NCBI GenBank assembly: GCA_951406725.2
Contig: OX597837.1
Location: 24,180,001-24,244,000 of the forward strand
Direction: 5' to 3'
Length of the DNA stretch: 64,000 nt
From: Octopus vulgaris
Lineage: Eukaryota
The position numbers were made by a program, and so were the translations under genes. Positions 26,900 through 40,066 of this stretch are shown piece after piece (position 1 is the stretch's first letter; the number at the start of each line of letters is the position of its first letter). The notes under the pieces are model-generated. The model had not been told where the DNA came from and did no database searches. It saw only the letters and a list, made by a program, of their open reading frames with translations.

Positions 26900-27463
26900 G
26901 GCCTGAAGTTTTGGGGGAGGGGACTAATCAATTACATCGACCCCAGAATTTCACTGGTACTTAATTTATCGACCCCGAAAGGATGGAAGGCAAAAGTCGA
27001 CTTCGTCAGAATTTGAACTCAGAACGTAGCGACGGGCGAAATACTTATTTCTTTATTACTCACAAGGAGCTAAACACAGACGGGACAAACAAGGACAGAT
27101 ATACGGATTAAGTCGATTACATCGACCCCAGTGCGTAACTGGTACTTAATTTATCGACCCCGAAAGGATGAAAGGCAAAGTCGACCTCGGCGGAATTTGA
27201 ACTCAGAACGTAGCGGCAGATGAAATACTTATTTCTTTACTACCCACAAGGGGCTAAACACAGAGAGGACAAACAAGGACAGATAAACGGATTAAGTCGA
27301 TTACTTCGACCCCAGTGCGTAACTGGTACTTAATTTATCGACCCCGAAAAGATGATAAAGCAAAGTCGACCACGGCGGAATTTGAACTCAGAACGTAACG
27401 ACAGACGAAATACGGCTACGCATTTCGCCCGGCGTGCTAACGATTCTGCCAGCTCGCCGCCTT
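26900..27463 (-). mobile_element. SINE family B trimer
   Basis: Three tandem units joined at GAAATACTTATTTCTTTA junctions (about 27039 and 27222); only the right-most unit has the complete tRNA-like head. Confidence 0.85.
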
Positions 27464-27544
27464 GATGACAACAATAGTGTTAACAACAGTAATATATAAA
27501 CGAGGAGCTTGGAGGTGGATTAAAAGTAGAAATATATAACTTAC

Positions 27545-27668
27545 CTGTGATTCCGATAGTAAATACGAAATAGAGAGCATAGTGCATGAGAGCGGTGGAG
27601 GGAAAGTAGGTAGGAAGATATTGTCCATAATCCGTTGGTAACTGAGCGTAGTGCGTATTGAAATCCAT
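27545..27668 (-). CDS. Putative first coding exon of a class A (rhodopsin-like) GPCR: N-terminus plus TM1
   Basis: MDFNTHYAQLPTDYGQYLPTYFPSTALMHYALYFVFTIGITG; strong Kozak context AGGATGG with an in-frame stop upstream; ends at a perfect donor CAG|GTAAGT in phase 1, within the second G of a GxxG(N)-like motif. Downstream exons were not found. Confidence 0.5.
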
Positions 27669-29329
27669 CCTTGATTAACGAGATCCACTTGATATTAATT
27701 TCGAAAAAAGTTCTTTGATTTTTATTATACTTTTTCTTTAGTTAATTCGCTTCAGTCCGAACCTCCAAAAAGTTGCTATTTAAACGTAGGAGATACGTGT
27801 ATGTATGGATGATGAGGCGTAATGTATATGTGCTTGTGTGATTTTATCAAAGGATGGAGTTTGAGTTAACTCTGTAATGTTCAGCACAGCCTGGGACTTA
27901 TATCACAACCTGACCAAAAAAATTGAGCGTGTTCCTTTCGGATTTTGTTGCTGTTGTTGTGTGTTTTTGTCAATAAATAGTTAAATATTGTAATACTAAT
28001 TGCAAAATAATCTCAGAATTTGCAAAATCAAGTTCAATATATTTTACTTTTCCTAAAATCGAAGTTTGACATTTTTCTTCCTCATTGTTAATGATATGTT
28101 GGTATATATTTCGGAAGGAAAATTCAGAAATGCCATCCTTTACTTATTTTTCTTCTTTTTTCTTTCTTCTGTCTCTTTCTCACCTCTCTTTTTTTTCTTT
28201 AGTAATTAGTTTTTACCTGTTTTCCCTCTGCAGATCCGATTCGATATATACGCAGATTAGAGGTTAGTCGATTGGCAAAATTGGTAGAATGGCAACGTTG
28301 AAATATCTTACTTTTTGACCTTTTAGTTTACGGTTCTTGGTTCAAATTCCGCTACAGTGGACTATATCTTTTAGTTATTCAATATTTGATAAAAATAGAA
28401 CGAAAAATTAAAAACAGGGTTATTCAGATACTTGAGACAGGTTTTTGATAAATTATTTCCTTGCCTGCAAAAGTTATGCTGTCCCTGTTTAAAAAAACCG
28501 TTTGAGTATATACATATATATTTCATAAAATTATCCAAAACTTTCAGTTTTACCTTGATACTGACGTGTCTGTATGTCTATAACATGTATACAATATTAA
28601 GTTATGAACCAAGTCCGAAATGTCAGCCCGTTTCTTTTGTTCAACAACAAACTTAATCTCTTCTTTGTCAAATATCTCTCAATTCATTAAGTTGCCGACG
28701 CAGACAATCAATCCCAAGTTTCGTTCGCATTTATTTTTACTGTTTCACTTTCTGTTATATTTTTGCGTAAGTCGTGGAGAAATGTCGTTACAATAACGAT
28801 GATGGCGTGAAGATGAAGTGACTGTTTTTTCTGAATCCCTCCTTGCCACACACTCTTGGCGTGTTATCGAATAAATACATTAATATTACAGACTTGAACG
28901 GCAAGTAAGGAAGGAAGGAAGTTGTGTGGACTGTCCTGACAGGTGAATGTATGATATGATATGAAAAAAAATGTGAAAGGTTTGTCCTAAACGGTTATGC
29001 GGGGGCCAGGGTTGGTCGGGTCTTTTTATTTTGTTTAAGTTTTGTTATATTATTTTTTCTTGTCTTTTTCTTTTTTTTTTACATTTTCTACATATATCTG
29101 TACCTGTCCGTCTCTCTCTGTGTATAGGTATGCTTGAGAGAGAGAGAGAGAGAGAGAGAAAGAGGGAGAGGGAGTATATGGGAATGTGTGTGCGAGTGTG
29201 TATACCTGTATATGTAGGTGTGTTTGTCTGTAAAGCTTACCTTTGCATGCCTACCTACACCTACTTAATCTATCGCAGCATGAGTATGTATGAATGTATG
29301 CGTGTAGGTGTGTGTGTGGGAATGTCAGG

Positions 29330-29470
29330 TGGACAACAGGTAACCCTCTCCCCCCCGCCTCCGCCGTCCTTCAGCGCTTTACCTGACAGTGGTCTAACCA
29401 ATGCGCAGAGGTGTAGGACGGCTGGAAGGAAAGGAGGGGAGGAAGGGGCAGGGCTGTGACGCGCTATTTT
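29330..29470. promoter_or_regulatory. Candidate promoter (GC box and CCAAT) upstream of the putative minus-strand gene
   Basis: Locally GC/CpG-rich and TE-free; CCCGCCTCC and AACCAATG motifs. Confidence 0.3.
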
Positions 29471-29529
29471 TCTTTCTTTTTGTCTTAATATTGAAAAGAT
29501 ATGTAAAAGGAATAATAGATAAGGTGGTA

Positions 29530-29729
29530 TGGGGGGGAGGGTGATGGTGGAGATTGCGGTAGTGGTGATGGTGGTGATAATAGTGAAGGAGGAGGAGGTA
29601 GTGGAGGGAGTGGTTATTATTGTAGTAGTAGTAGTAGTAATAGTAGTAGTGGTGGTGGTGGTGGTGATGGTGGTGATGGTGGTGGTGGTAGTAGTAGTAG
29701 TAGTAGTGGTGGTGGTGGTGGTGGTGGTG

Positions 29730-29797
<68 letters not shown>

Positions 29798-29835
29798 GGT
29801 GGTAGTAGTGGTAGTAGTAGTAGTAATAGTAGTAA

Positions 29836-29881
<46 letters not shown>

Positions 29882-30100
29882 GGTGGTGGTGGTGGTGGTA
29901 GTGGTGGTGAAAGCAGTCGTGGTTGTAACGGTTGTTGTGATAGTGGTGATTGTTTCTAAATTAATGGTGGTGGTGGTGGTGGTGGTGGTGGTGGTGATGG
30001 TGTGATGATGGTATTTGTAACGGTAGTCGTTTGATGGTGGTAGTGTTGGTGGAATTGGTGGTAGTGGTGGTCATAGTATTGGTGGTAGTGGTGATGGGGT
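29530..30100. repeat. (GTA)n/(GTG)n array
   Basis: Direct inspection. Confidence 0.95.
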
Positions 30101-31118
30101 TACAAAGTGCAGTTGGTGAAACAAATTCTATTTTCCATTTACTTTTGTTGCGTTTTTTTTTTGTTTTGGTTTATGTTCCATTTTTCTTTATTTTCTTTAA
30201 CGTTTGACAACCGGTGTTGGTGTGTTTACGTCCCTGTATCTTAGCGATTCAACAAAGAGTGGCTTATAAATAAGTATTGGGGTCGATTCGTTCCGCAAAA
30301 TTTCTTTCAGGCGGTGCCCCAGCATGGTCGCAGTCAATGATGGCTGAAACAAGTCGAAGATAAAAGATTTACTGTTTTTTCTTCTTCCACCCATCCCCAC
30401 CCATCACGTTCATTATATCCACCCCACCCCACTACCCACTACTCTCACCCTCACCCTCATCACCACTATCATCACCACCACCACCACCCAACAACAACAA
30501 CAACACAGCCATCACTATCGTCACCAACATCACCGCTACCACCAACGACATGAGCCATCGGAGGAGTTTCCGCACGGTTGCTTTGACAACCAGGAAATAG
30601 CAGACAGGTATCCCGTAAGTCACACCTCTACCGTCTTCTTAAGGAAAATGTAGTTCGTACGCAAGGATGAACATGACCCCAGCGCAAATTCGAGGAGCGT
30701 TCCGTAGTATTTTTATAGGTTCAGGGCGTGGTTGCGTGGTAAGAAGTTTGCTTCCGGGTCATATGGCTCCAAGTTCAAACTTACTGCGTGACTCCCTGGG
30801 GAAGTGTCTTCTTCTATAGCCTCGGGCCGTCCAAAGCTTTGTAAGTGGATTTGGTAGATGGAAACTGGGAGAAGCCCGTCGTCTGTGTATACGTGTGTGT
30901 GTGTGTGTATGTGTGTGTATGTGTGTGTATACGTGTGTGTGTGTATGTGTGTGTGTGTGTGTGTGTGCTTTTTTGCTTGTGTTTGTCCCCCTTCCGCCGC
31001 TTGATAACCGGTGTTGGTATGTTTACGACCCCGTAATCTAGTGGTTCGGCAAAAGGGACCGATAAAATATGTCGTCGTAGCTGGTTGAAACTTCGAAGTA
31101 ACTAACAGCATTCTTGTT

Positions 31119-31932
31119 CCCTTTCGTTACCAACCCGGCTGAAACCGGCTCTGGCTCTGAGTACAAATGTTTTGTTTTCATAAGTTTGGAATTAAAATCT
31201 TCCACCAAACCTTAGTCATAATTTATGTTCCTAACACTAGCTGAATGAGAACTAAGTTATTTTACTAAATTCTTTGTTATATTTAATGTAATTGAAAGAA
31301 ACACAGAGTCTCTCAACAGAAATATGGTAACAAAAGTGTTAAAACAGATGTAAAAATGAATGATACATAAGTATCAAGACACCTTGGGCCACTGCTAGTT
31401 CTTCCTGTTTTAACCATTTTGATACCAACCCACCTGAAACTGCCTCTGGGTCTGTAGTACAAATGTCTTGTTTTCATAAGTTTTGAATTAAAATCTTCCA
31501 CCAAACCTTAGTCACAATTAATGTTCCTAACACTGGCTGAATGATAACTAAGTTATTTTACTAAATTCTTTGTTATATTTAAAATTAATTGAAAGAAACA
31601 CAGTCTCTCTCAACAGAAATATGGTAACAAAAGTGTTAAAACAGATGTAAAAATGAATGATACATAAGTATCAAGACACCTTGGGCCACTGCTAGTTCTT
31701 CCTGTCTTAACCATTTTGATACCAACCCACCTGAAACTGCCTCTGGGTCTGTAGTACAAATGTCTTGTTTTCATAAGTTCTGAATTAAAATCTTCCACCA
31801 AACCTTAGTCACAATTAATGTTCCTAACACTGGCTGAATGATAACTAAGTTATTTTACTAAATTCTTTGTTATATTTAAAATTAATTGAAAGAAACTCAG
31901 AGCATCTCAAAATAAATACACTAACGAAAGGG
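31119..31932. mobile_element. Three tandem piggyBac-like MITE units
   Basis: Outer TIRs CCCTTTCGTTA / TAACGAAAGGG followed by TTAA; internal unit boundaries at TTAA; 297-bp periodicity (ORFs at 31313 and 31610 are near identical). Confidence 0.75.
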
Positions 31933-32036
31933 TTAAATTTGTACTCTGTAAAAATATAGAGTAACTCATCAAATTAATGTCAAATTGATTTTATTATAAC
32001 TGAGCATAAAAACAAACATTAATGTGTGTGTGTGTA

Positions 32037-32122
<86 letters not shown>

Positions 32123-32348
32123 CATGTGTTTATTCTTTTATTCTTTTACTCGTTTTTGTCATCAGACTGAAGCCATGCAGGAGCTACCATCTTTTTTAGT
32201 CGAAGAAATCGACCCCAGGACTTATTCTTTGTAAACCTAGTACTTGTTCTATCGGTCAGTTTTTGCCGAACTGCTAAGTTACGGGGACGTAAACACACCA
32301 CCATCGGTTGTCAAAGCGATGGTGGAAGAAACAGACAGTAACACAAAC

Positions 32349-32398
<50 letters not shown>

Positions 32399-32413
32399 AT
32401 GCATGCATGCATG

Positions 32414-32476
<63 letters not shown>

Positions 32477-32545
32477 GTATATATATATGAGTCATTATAT
32501 ATATATTTATGTATACACACACACACACACACACACATGCATACA

Positions 32546-32870
32546 CGTGGTTAGAGCGTCTGGCTCACGATCAAGAGGTAGTGAGTTTGATTCCTGAACC
32601 AGGCTGTGTGTTGTGTTCTTGAGCAAGACACTTTATTTCCCGTTGCTCCAGTCTAGTCAGCTGTAGAAATGAGTTGCAACGTCACTGGTTCCCAGCTGTA
32701 TCGGCCTTTGCTTTTCCCGTGGGTAACATCGGTGACATGGCGAGGGGAGGCTGGTATCCATGGGCAACCGCTGGTCTTCTATTAACAATCTTGCGTGGAC
32801 TTATGCCTCGGAGGGTAACTTTCCAGGTGCAGTCTCATTCTGATTTGTGACCGAAGGAGGTCTTTACCCT
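32546..32870 (+). mobile_element. SINE family D
   Basis: Matches 44677-45006 and 52267-52605. Confidence 0.8.
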
Positions 32871-32891
32871 TTACACATGTACATGCACACA

Positions 32892-32968
<77 letters not shown>

Positions 32969-33042
32969 CTAATGTAGGATAAACTATTTCGAAAAAAATT
33001 CTATCAATGGCCAGCATATTAAAAAATATTATAAAATTATAA

Positions 33043-33120
<78 letters not shown>

Positions 33121-33123
<3 letters not shown>

Positions 33124-33296
33124 GGGAGAGTTTACGAAAAAAACAAAAGACGAAGACAGGTGGTGTACAAAACAAACAGATGTATTAGTATAACGCTCAG
33201 GAATAGAAAAAAGTCTTTTACGTTTCGAGCCTACGCTCTTCTACAGAAAGGTACACAGAATAAACAAGGAGAGAAAAAAATGTATGTAGTGGCTAA
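33121..33296 (-). mobile_element. A6U-hammerhead Penelope-like element
   Basis: Motif at 33215-33250 (CTGTAGA core, GUA triplet); (TA)n flank. Confidence 0.7.
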
Positions 33297-33349
33297 TTTA
33301 TATATATATTATTTTTATTATATATATTATATATTATTTATATAATTCA

Positions 33350-34398
33350 TGCATGGCAATCATTGTATTTTATAACGTTATAAATACAATGATTGCTCTA
33401 CATAAATTAACATAACATAACAGGTTACAACAAACATGTGTGAGAGAACTTCGTGGCTAGGCTGGACCGTTGACCTTGTAGACAAAGTTGACCTACTGCT
33501 TGGTGGTGTGTAGAGGCAACCGTTGCTCTGTTGGTCGTGAGGTCTTCATTCAGCAACGATGTAGGCAAGTGTCTGGTGTAGAAGATGAAAGCGGAGACTG
33601 GCTGGTGTCAGATGCAATGTTGCTGGAGACGAGTTGAGTGTGGTCAGTGGCGTGTGCCAAAGACCTAGAGCAGTCGAGAACTACCGTTCTTATAGAGAAC
33701 AGTAGGCTCCCAGGAGCTGGTGATTAATTTCCCGGGTAAGGAAAAATGAACTGTTGCGCCAACACGACTGGGCAGTTGGAAGCCGACCAATACAAGCAAC
33801 AGGTTGTTCTCTCACACATGAAGGCGGCGAGCTGGCAGAAGCGTTAGCAAGCCAGGCAAAATGCTTAGCAGTATTTCGTCTGTTTTAAACGTTCTGAGTT
33901 CAAATTCCGCCGAGGTCGACTTTGCCTTTCATCCTTTTGGGGTCGATATATTAAGTACCAGTTACGCACTGGGGTCGATGTAATCGACTTAATCTCTTTG
34001 TCTGTCCTTGTTTGTCCCCTCTATGTTTAACCCCTTGTGGGCAATAAAGAAATAAGAAACGTTAACACGCCGGGCGAAATGCGTAGCCATATTTCGTCTG
34101 CCGTTACATTCTGGGTTCAAATTCCGCCGAGGTCGACTTTGCCTTTCATCATTTCGGGGTCGATAAATTAAGTACCAGTTACACACCGGGGTCGATGTAA
34201 TCGACTTAATCCGTTTGTCTGTCCTTGTTTGTCCTCTCTGTGTTTAGCCCCTTGTGGATAGTAAAGAAATAAATACAAGCAACAGGTTCGTTTAATCACA
34301 AGGTCATGTGACCAGCTGGAACGAAAAGGCTTATGGAGCCGATATTAGGGTATTTAAGCCTAGATGAGTCAAAACGAAAAATCTCACACGTAACGACA
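33350..34398 (-). mobile_element. Possible solo LTR interrupted by a SINE B dimer
   Basis: Minus-strand TGT start at 34398, TATA-like CTCTATAAGAA near 33690, GC-richer body; no TSD was confirmed. Confidence 0.3.
33821..34271 (+). mobile_element. SINE family B dimer
   Basis: Two units; 17-bp TSD AATACAAGCAACAGGTT (33789-33805, 34272-34288). Confidence 0.9.
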
Positions 34399-34708
34399 GT
34401 GTAAATCATTTCAGCTACATACGCTCACCTACACACTGTATACTTTTGTGTGTGCGTGTGTGTTGGACAACCGGTGTTGATTTGTTTACGTCCCCGTTGC
34501 TGTTTGGCAAAAAAAGAGACCGGTAGAATAAGCTTAGAAAAAAAAAAAAGTAGGCGCAGGCATTGGCTGTGGTAAGAAGCTTGCTTCCCAAACACATGGT
34601 TCCGGGTTCAGTCTCACTACGTGGCACCTTGGGCAGTTGTTTTCTATAATCTCGGGCCGACCAATGCCTTGTGAGTAGAGTTGGTAGACTGAAACTGAAA
34701 GAAGTTTG

Positions 34709-34757
<49 letters not shown>

Positions 34758-35659
34758 AGCGCGCGCATCTGTTAGTGTGCTGGTGTTTGTGTCTATGTTT
34801 GTCCCCTCACCACCGCTTGACAACCGATGCTGGTATGTTTACGTGTCTGTAACTGAGCGGTTCGGCAAAAAGATCAATAGAATAAGTACCAGGATTTATA
34901 AAAGATAAGTATATATATATATAAAATGTATGTATGTATGTATGTATGTATGTATGTATGTATGTATGTATGTATGTGTATATGTTTGTGTGTCTGTGTT
35001 TGTCCCTCCAACATCGCTTGACAACCGATGCTGGTGTGCTTACGTCCCCGTAACTTAGCCGTTCAGCAAAAAAGACCGATAGAATAAGTACTGTGCTTAC
35101 AAAGTATAAGTCCTGGGGTCGATTTGCTCGACTAAAGGCGGTGCTCCAGCATGGCCACAGTCAAATGACTGAAACAAGTAAAAGAGTAAAGAGAGAGAGG
35201 GCATGTGTGTGTGTGTGTGTGTGTGTCTTTGTATCTGTCCTTGACACCCCCTCACCCCCGCCATCATTGCTTGACAACCGGCGTTGGTGTGTTTACAGTC
35301 TCGTAACCTAACGAGACCGATAGAATAAATATTAAGCTTTACAAAAAAAAAAAAATAATAATAATAATAATAATAAGTTCTCGGGTTGATTTCTTCGATT
35401 AAGACCCTTTAAGGCGGTGCTCCAGCATGGCCGTAGTCAAATGACTGAAACAAGTAAAAGAATAAGAGAATTTTTTAAATCGTTAAAATATTTTGTGTAT
35501 CATAGAAGTATAACCATTTTTATTGCAAATTTGTTTTAACAACAAAATCTTATCTGCCCCTCTCATCCACCCCCATAAGGGTCATATGAACCCCAAAGGG
35601 TCATATGGACCCTGGTCGAGAACCGCTGATTTACAACCTCTGCACGAAACCTACTTCCA

Positions 35660-36170
35660 CCGCCGCCACGCCCACCACCAACACAACCACCACCACCACC
35701 ATCACAACCACCATCACCACCACCACAACCACCACCACCACCACACATCACCACCACCACCACCATAACCACCATCACAACCACCACCACCACCATCACA
35801 ACCGCCACCACCACCATCACAACCGCCACCACCACCACCATCACCACCACCACCACCACCACCACTACCATCATCATCATCATCACTCCCCCCTCTCCCT
35901 ACGTGTTTTCCCCCTCCTTTGTTTTGCCTTCAGCGTTACCCCTTACATCCATCTACTAGCACCACCACCACCACCACCACCACCACCACCACCACCAGCG
36001 CCAGCTCCCTCCTTCTCCAACCCATTCACAAAGCCTCTCCCACCTCGGTTCTCCCTAAATTTACTTCATCCTTTCTCCTTTACCTAAATACAACTACCTC
36101 CAAACAACACCAACACCAACACCACCACAACCACCACCGCCACTACCACCGCCAACTCCAACGCCACCAC
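35660..36170. repeat. (CAC)n-rich low-complexity region
   Basis: Direct inspection. Confidence 0.9.
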
Positions 36171-36467
36171 AACCCTCTGCTGTTTTTCCCACCAGGTAAC
36201 AACAATGATGTACGACAGGAAGCTGGCTCCTGTCAACAGTGGGTGGTAGCACCAAAGAGATTCCCCCCAGCACCTTCTTCTCCGACTTCTTCTCCTCCTC
36301 CCCTTTCTTTCCGTCGTTCTCTTCGCTTTCCTTCCTCTCCCACCGCTTCTGCTCTCCTTCTCTCCTTAAACATGTTCACTTTACTCTTTACAACAACGAA
36401 ATACAATAAAACAACAACAACAATTAATGATTCAGCAACAAACTATCTCAACACACACACACACATA

Positions 36468-36532
<65 letters not shown>

Positions 36533-36579
36533 CACGCGCATTTTTCATTTGATGGTTATCAAGGTCAGGTGTGTTTGTA

Positions 36580-36610
<31 letters not shown>

Positions 36611-36630
36611 GTGCTTTCTTGTTTGGATTC

Positions 36631-36781
<151 letters not shown>

Positions 36782-36993
36782 ATGTATGTATGTATGTATG
36801 TATGTATGTATGTATGTATTTACAAGGTTGTTTGTTATGGCCGGTCAGCGGGTGACCATTGGTCACTCTGACCGGCCATAACAACCTAAATATATTACTT
36901 GCTCTAATCCTTTAGAATGTGCTTCTTTTTCAGATATGTGAACTACCGACGAGACATACATACATACATACATACATACATACATACATACAT

Positions 36994-37024
<31 letters not shown>

Positions 37025-37036
37025 TACATACATACA

Positions 37037-37070
<34 letters not shown>

Positions 37071-37869
37071 CATGCATGCATGCATACATACATACATACA
37101 TACATACATACACACACACACATACACATACATACATACATACATACATACATACATACATACATACATACATACATACATACATACATACAGCCGCTAT
37201 TACTCTTAAAGAACACCTAGGAGAAATCTACAGTGAACAAAGTAACGAAATTACGAAACGGAAACAACTTCGATGGAAAACAAAACTTTAAGAAAACGTC
37301 AACAACGTGCGCCGCCATATTGGATGGTTAACTACAACGATAAAATGTAAAGAGAAAAATGAGTTTACACCTCCACCACTGTACCTTACACAAAAATTAA
37401 TGAAACTTTATGGCAACTCTTAACACCGAGCTCTTGAGGGAAAGTTAATCACTTTAAAACATGAACTCAGGACGGTGAGCGAGAGACTCCGCTATCGCAT
37501 GCGAAATTTTGTGCGAGTCATTATCAATCGCAAGTTTGATTCCAATTCACTAGCATTATACAGAGAGATGAGGAAGGAAAACATTACTATTATGAAAGTT
37601 CGCTCCCAAGAAGATCTACAATCATTCTGGTAAAAAAATTGGTAATAAAAGAATGATTTCAACATGAATGTTTCATGGTTAAATACAATTGAGAGAGAAT
37701 ACTGTACCAACACTAATAGTAAAACATACAAAATTTATGCAGAAACGTTCGCTATAGCTGTAGACAAACTGCAGAATTGGAAGGCACTTAGAAGGGACCT
37801 AATAGTTGGATATTAGTACAAGAAGCTGACATTTTATAGAAACCAATTAATACGTATGTTCAAAAGGAC

Positions 37870-38227
37870 TATAGAAGGTCAGGCTGATGCACCAAATTGG
37901 CTTGTTTGGGACATAGGGGCAACGGTATGTACCAACATAGAGGTTAGCTGCCCTGCAGATATAAATATCTCTTTGAAAATCAAAGAAAAAGAGGATATCT
38001 ATGGACAACTGCTTCGGAACCTCCAGCTTCTATATCCAGACAATAAATTCATATTCATACCAATAATAATTGGAGCACTAGGTTTTGTTAGAAAATGCTT
38101 AAGGGAGAATCTGGATAAACTGGGATTTTCAGAAAGAGAAATTGGCCGTCTGATTCGTACATTACAAGTGCAATCTTTGAGTGAAACAGTGAAAATAGGC
38201 AAGACTTTTCTCAAGTTCCAAATGTGA
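37870..38227 (+). mobile_element. RLE-type LINE endonuclease and C-terminus remnant (R4/NeSL-like)
   Basis: IEVSCPAD..IKEKEDIYGQL..IPIIIGALG, a PD-(D/E)xK-type region; 37200-37850 upstream may belong to the same element. Confidence 0.8.
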
Positions 38228-38373
38228 ATTTGTCTGTGTTAACTACACTCCAAAGATGGGGCCTTGTATGTTTGTTGGAAACTGGCTCCTTCCTCAGTGG
38301 ATGATTTCTAATAATTAAAAATACAGAAGAGACATATATACATACAACATTCCTTGTCTGATAACCTAGAATA

Positions 38374-38714
38374 GTGGAGGCGCAATGGCCCAGTGGTTAG
38401 GGCAGCGGACTCGCGGTCGTAGGATCGCGGTTTCGATTCCCAGACCGGGCGTTGTGAGTGTTTATTGAGCGAAAACACCTAAAGCTCCACGAGGCTCCGG
38501 CAGGGGATGGTGGTGATCCCTGCTGTACTCTTTCACCACAACTTCTCTCACTCTTACTTCCTGTTTCTGTTGTACCTGTATTTCACTCTCTGTTAAGGGT
38601 ACACGTGTCTGTGGAGTGCTCAGCCACTTACACGTTAATTTCACGAGCAGGCTGTTCCGTTGATTCGGATCAACCGGAATCCTCGTCGTCGTAACCGACG
38701 GAGTGATTCCAACC
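38374..38714 (+). mobile_element. SINE family C (tRNA-derived head)
   Basis: A-box TGGCCCAGTGG and B-box-like GGTTTCGATTCC; AGAATA flanks on both sides. Confidence 0.85.
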
Positions 38715-38719
38715 AAGAA

Positions 38720-39010
38720 TACACGGCCAAAAAAGTCGCACGACTCTACCGCAACGTATCATCAGATGAAAGGCTGAGTCTATATGAGCAGAAGACTATG
38801 CATAGATATGTTAGTAGAAAGCTCTGAGATGATAGTAACATTGATCATGAAGGCATTCTATCATGAACTAATATTTGGATTACTACCTCCCACTTTGAAG
38901 GGTATGCGTTTGCAATCTAGGAACAAGAAATATCAACCAAATACCTAATGCAGAAAAGGGATAGAGATGCAGGAAAAGCAGTAAAATGTGACAACCGATG
39001 CAGACTATAT
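38720..39010 (+). mobile_element. RLE LINE fragment from just upstream of the zinc knuckle
   Basis: SHFEGYAFAI*EQEISTKYL..KCDNRCRL resembles the R4-type EG...AIQ.Q.I.T..Y...CRLC motif. Confidence 0.7.
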
Positions 39011-39033
39011 AAAATCTAATAAAGTATTATCAC

Positions 39034-39078
<45 letters not shown>

Positions 39079-39418
39079 GTAGTGGGGGAGCATCATCGCC
39101 ATGTGTTGAGAGGGATTGTTTGGGGTTTGAATAATTCACCTCTGGAAACATGGGTGGTTCTTTCAACATCCTTAAACAACCATTATTCAGGGACCTTTTG
39201 AGCGGGATGGGCTACTCAACCTGAAGAAAATTCTAACTGGGCCCCACCTGCAAGGTCATGTGCTGTTTATCTTGATATGAGATCACCATGTCGCGCACAT
39301 ATGGTTGTGATGCATGTGCCTGGTGTACCTTTATCAGACGGGTAGTCATGATGGGTATATTGGGCTTCGTATATTTTACCCCAGTGTCACTTTGATGGCA
39401 TGCACTGCTCTCTCACTC

Positions 39419-39420
<2 letters not shown>
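39079..39420 (+). mobile_element. Unclassified retroelement 3' fragment embedded in (AAT)n
   Basis: 340-bp insert flanked on both sides by (AAT)n. Confidence 0.45.
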
Positions 39421-39486
<66 letters not shown>

Positions 39487-39487
<1 letters not shown>

Positions 39488-39680
39488 CAAAAACACCAGG
39501 ACTTACAAACACATATAACATACAGAAAATTGCACTACTAGGCACTGCACACATCCTACGCAGAACACTTTCCATACAATAACCATCAGAGCATCACAAC
39601 AAATCACAGCACATACCCAAGGCACACAGAGCTGCGCTCGGTAGTGGAGTGAAAGTCCGATATAAAAAATATACTACTGA
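39487..39680 (+). mobile_element. Dong/R4-like LINE 3' end in (AAT)n
   Basis: IQKIALLGTAHILRRTLSIQ* plus a short 3' UTR running into (AAT)n. Confidence 0.8.
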
Positions 39681-39701
39681 ATAATAATAATAATAATAAT
39701 G

Positions 39702-39774
<73 letters not shown>

Positions 39775-40024
39775 TAATAATTATAAAGTGGCCAACAAGT
39801 TTAACCTAAATAGGCAAAATATACAAATAAATTAGCGTTTATGCAAAGATAAGGCCTATTTTTATTATACTCGTTGCATTCACCGTACATGTTTCTTAAC
39901 AGTGAGAAATTTGTGGCTTTGAAGTGTTGACTCCTATTTCTAGCAAGCTGGTATTTCGGTACCCTAATTTATACACACAGACACTTATTTTCAAGGTGAG
40001 CAAAGGTGTACATACGCTGCTATA

Positions 40025-40066
<42 letters not shown>

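Noticed and set aside
26900-27463. CRISPR-like repeated units
   Set aside because: Units of about 180 bp are tandem SINE copies with no unique spacers and no cas genes, in a eukaryotic context.
38374-38450. tRNA gene candidates (also 5725-5800, 44677, 52530)
   Set aside because: They are SINE heads continuing into SINE bodies with TSDs, without a clean acceptor stem or terminator.
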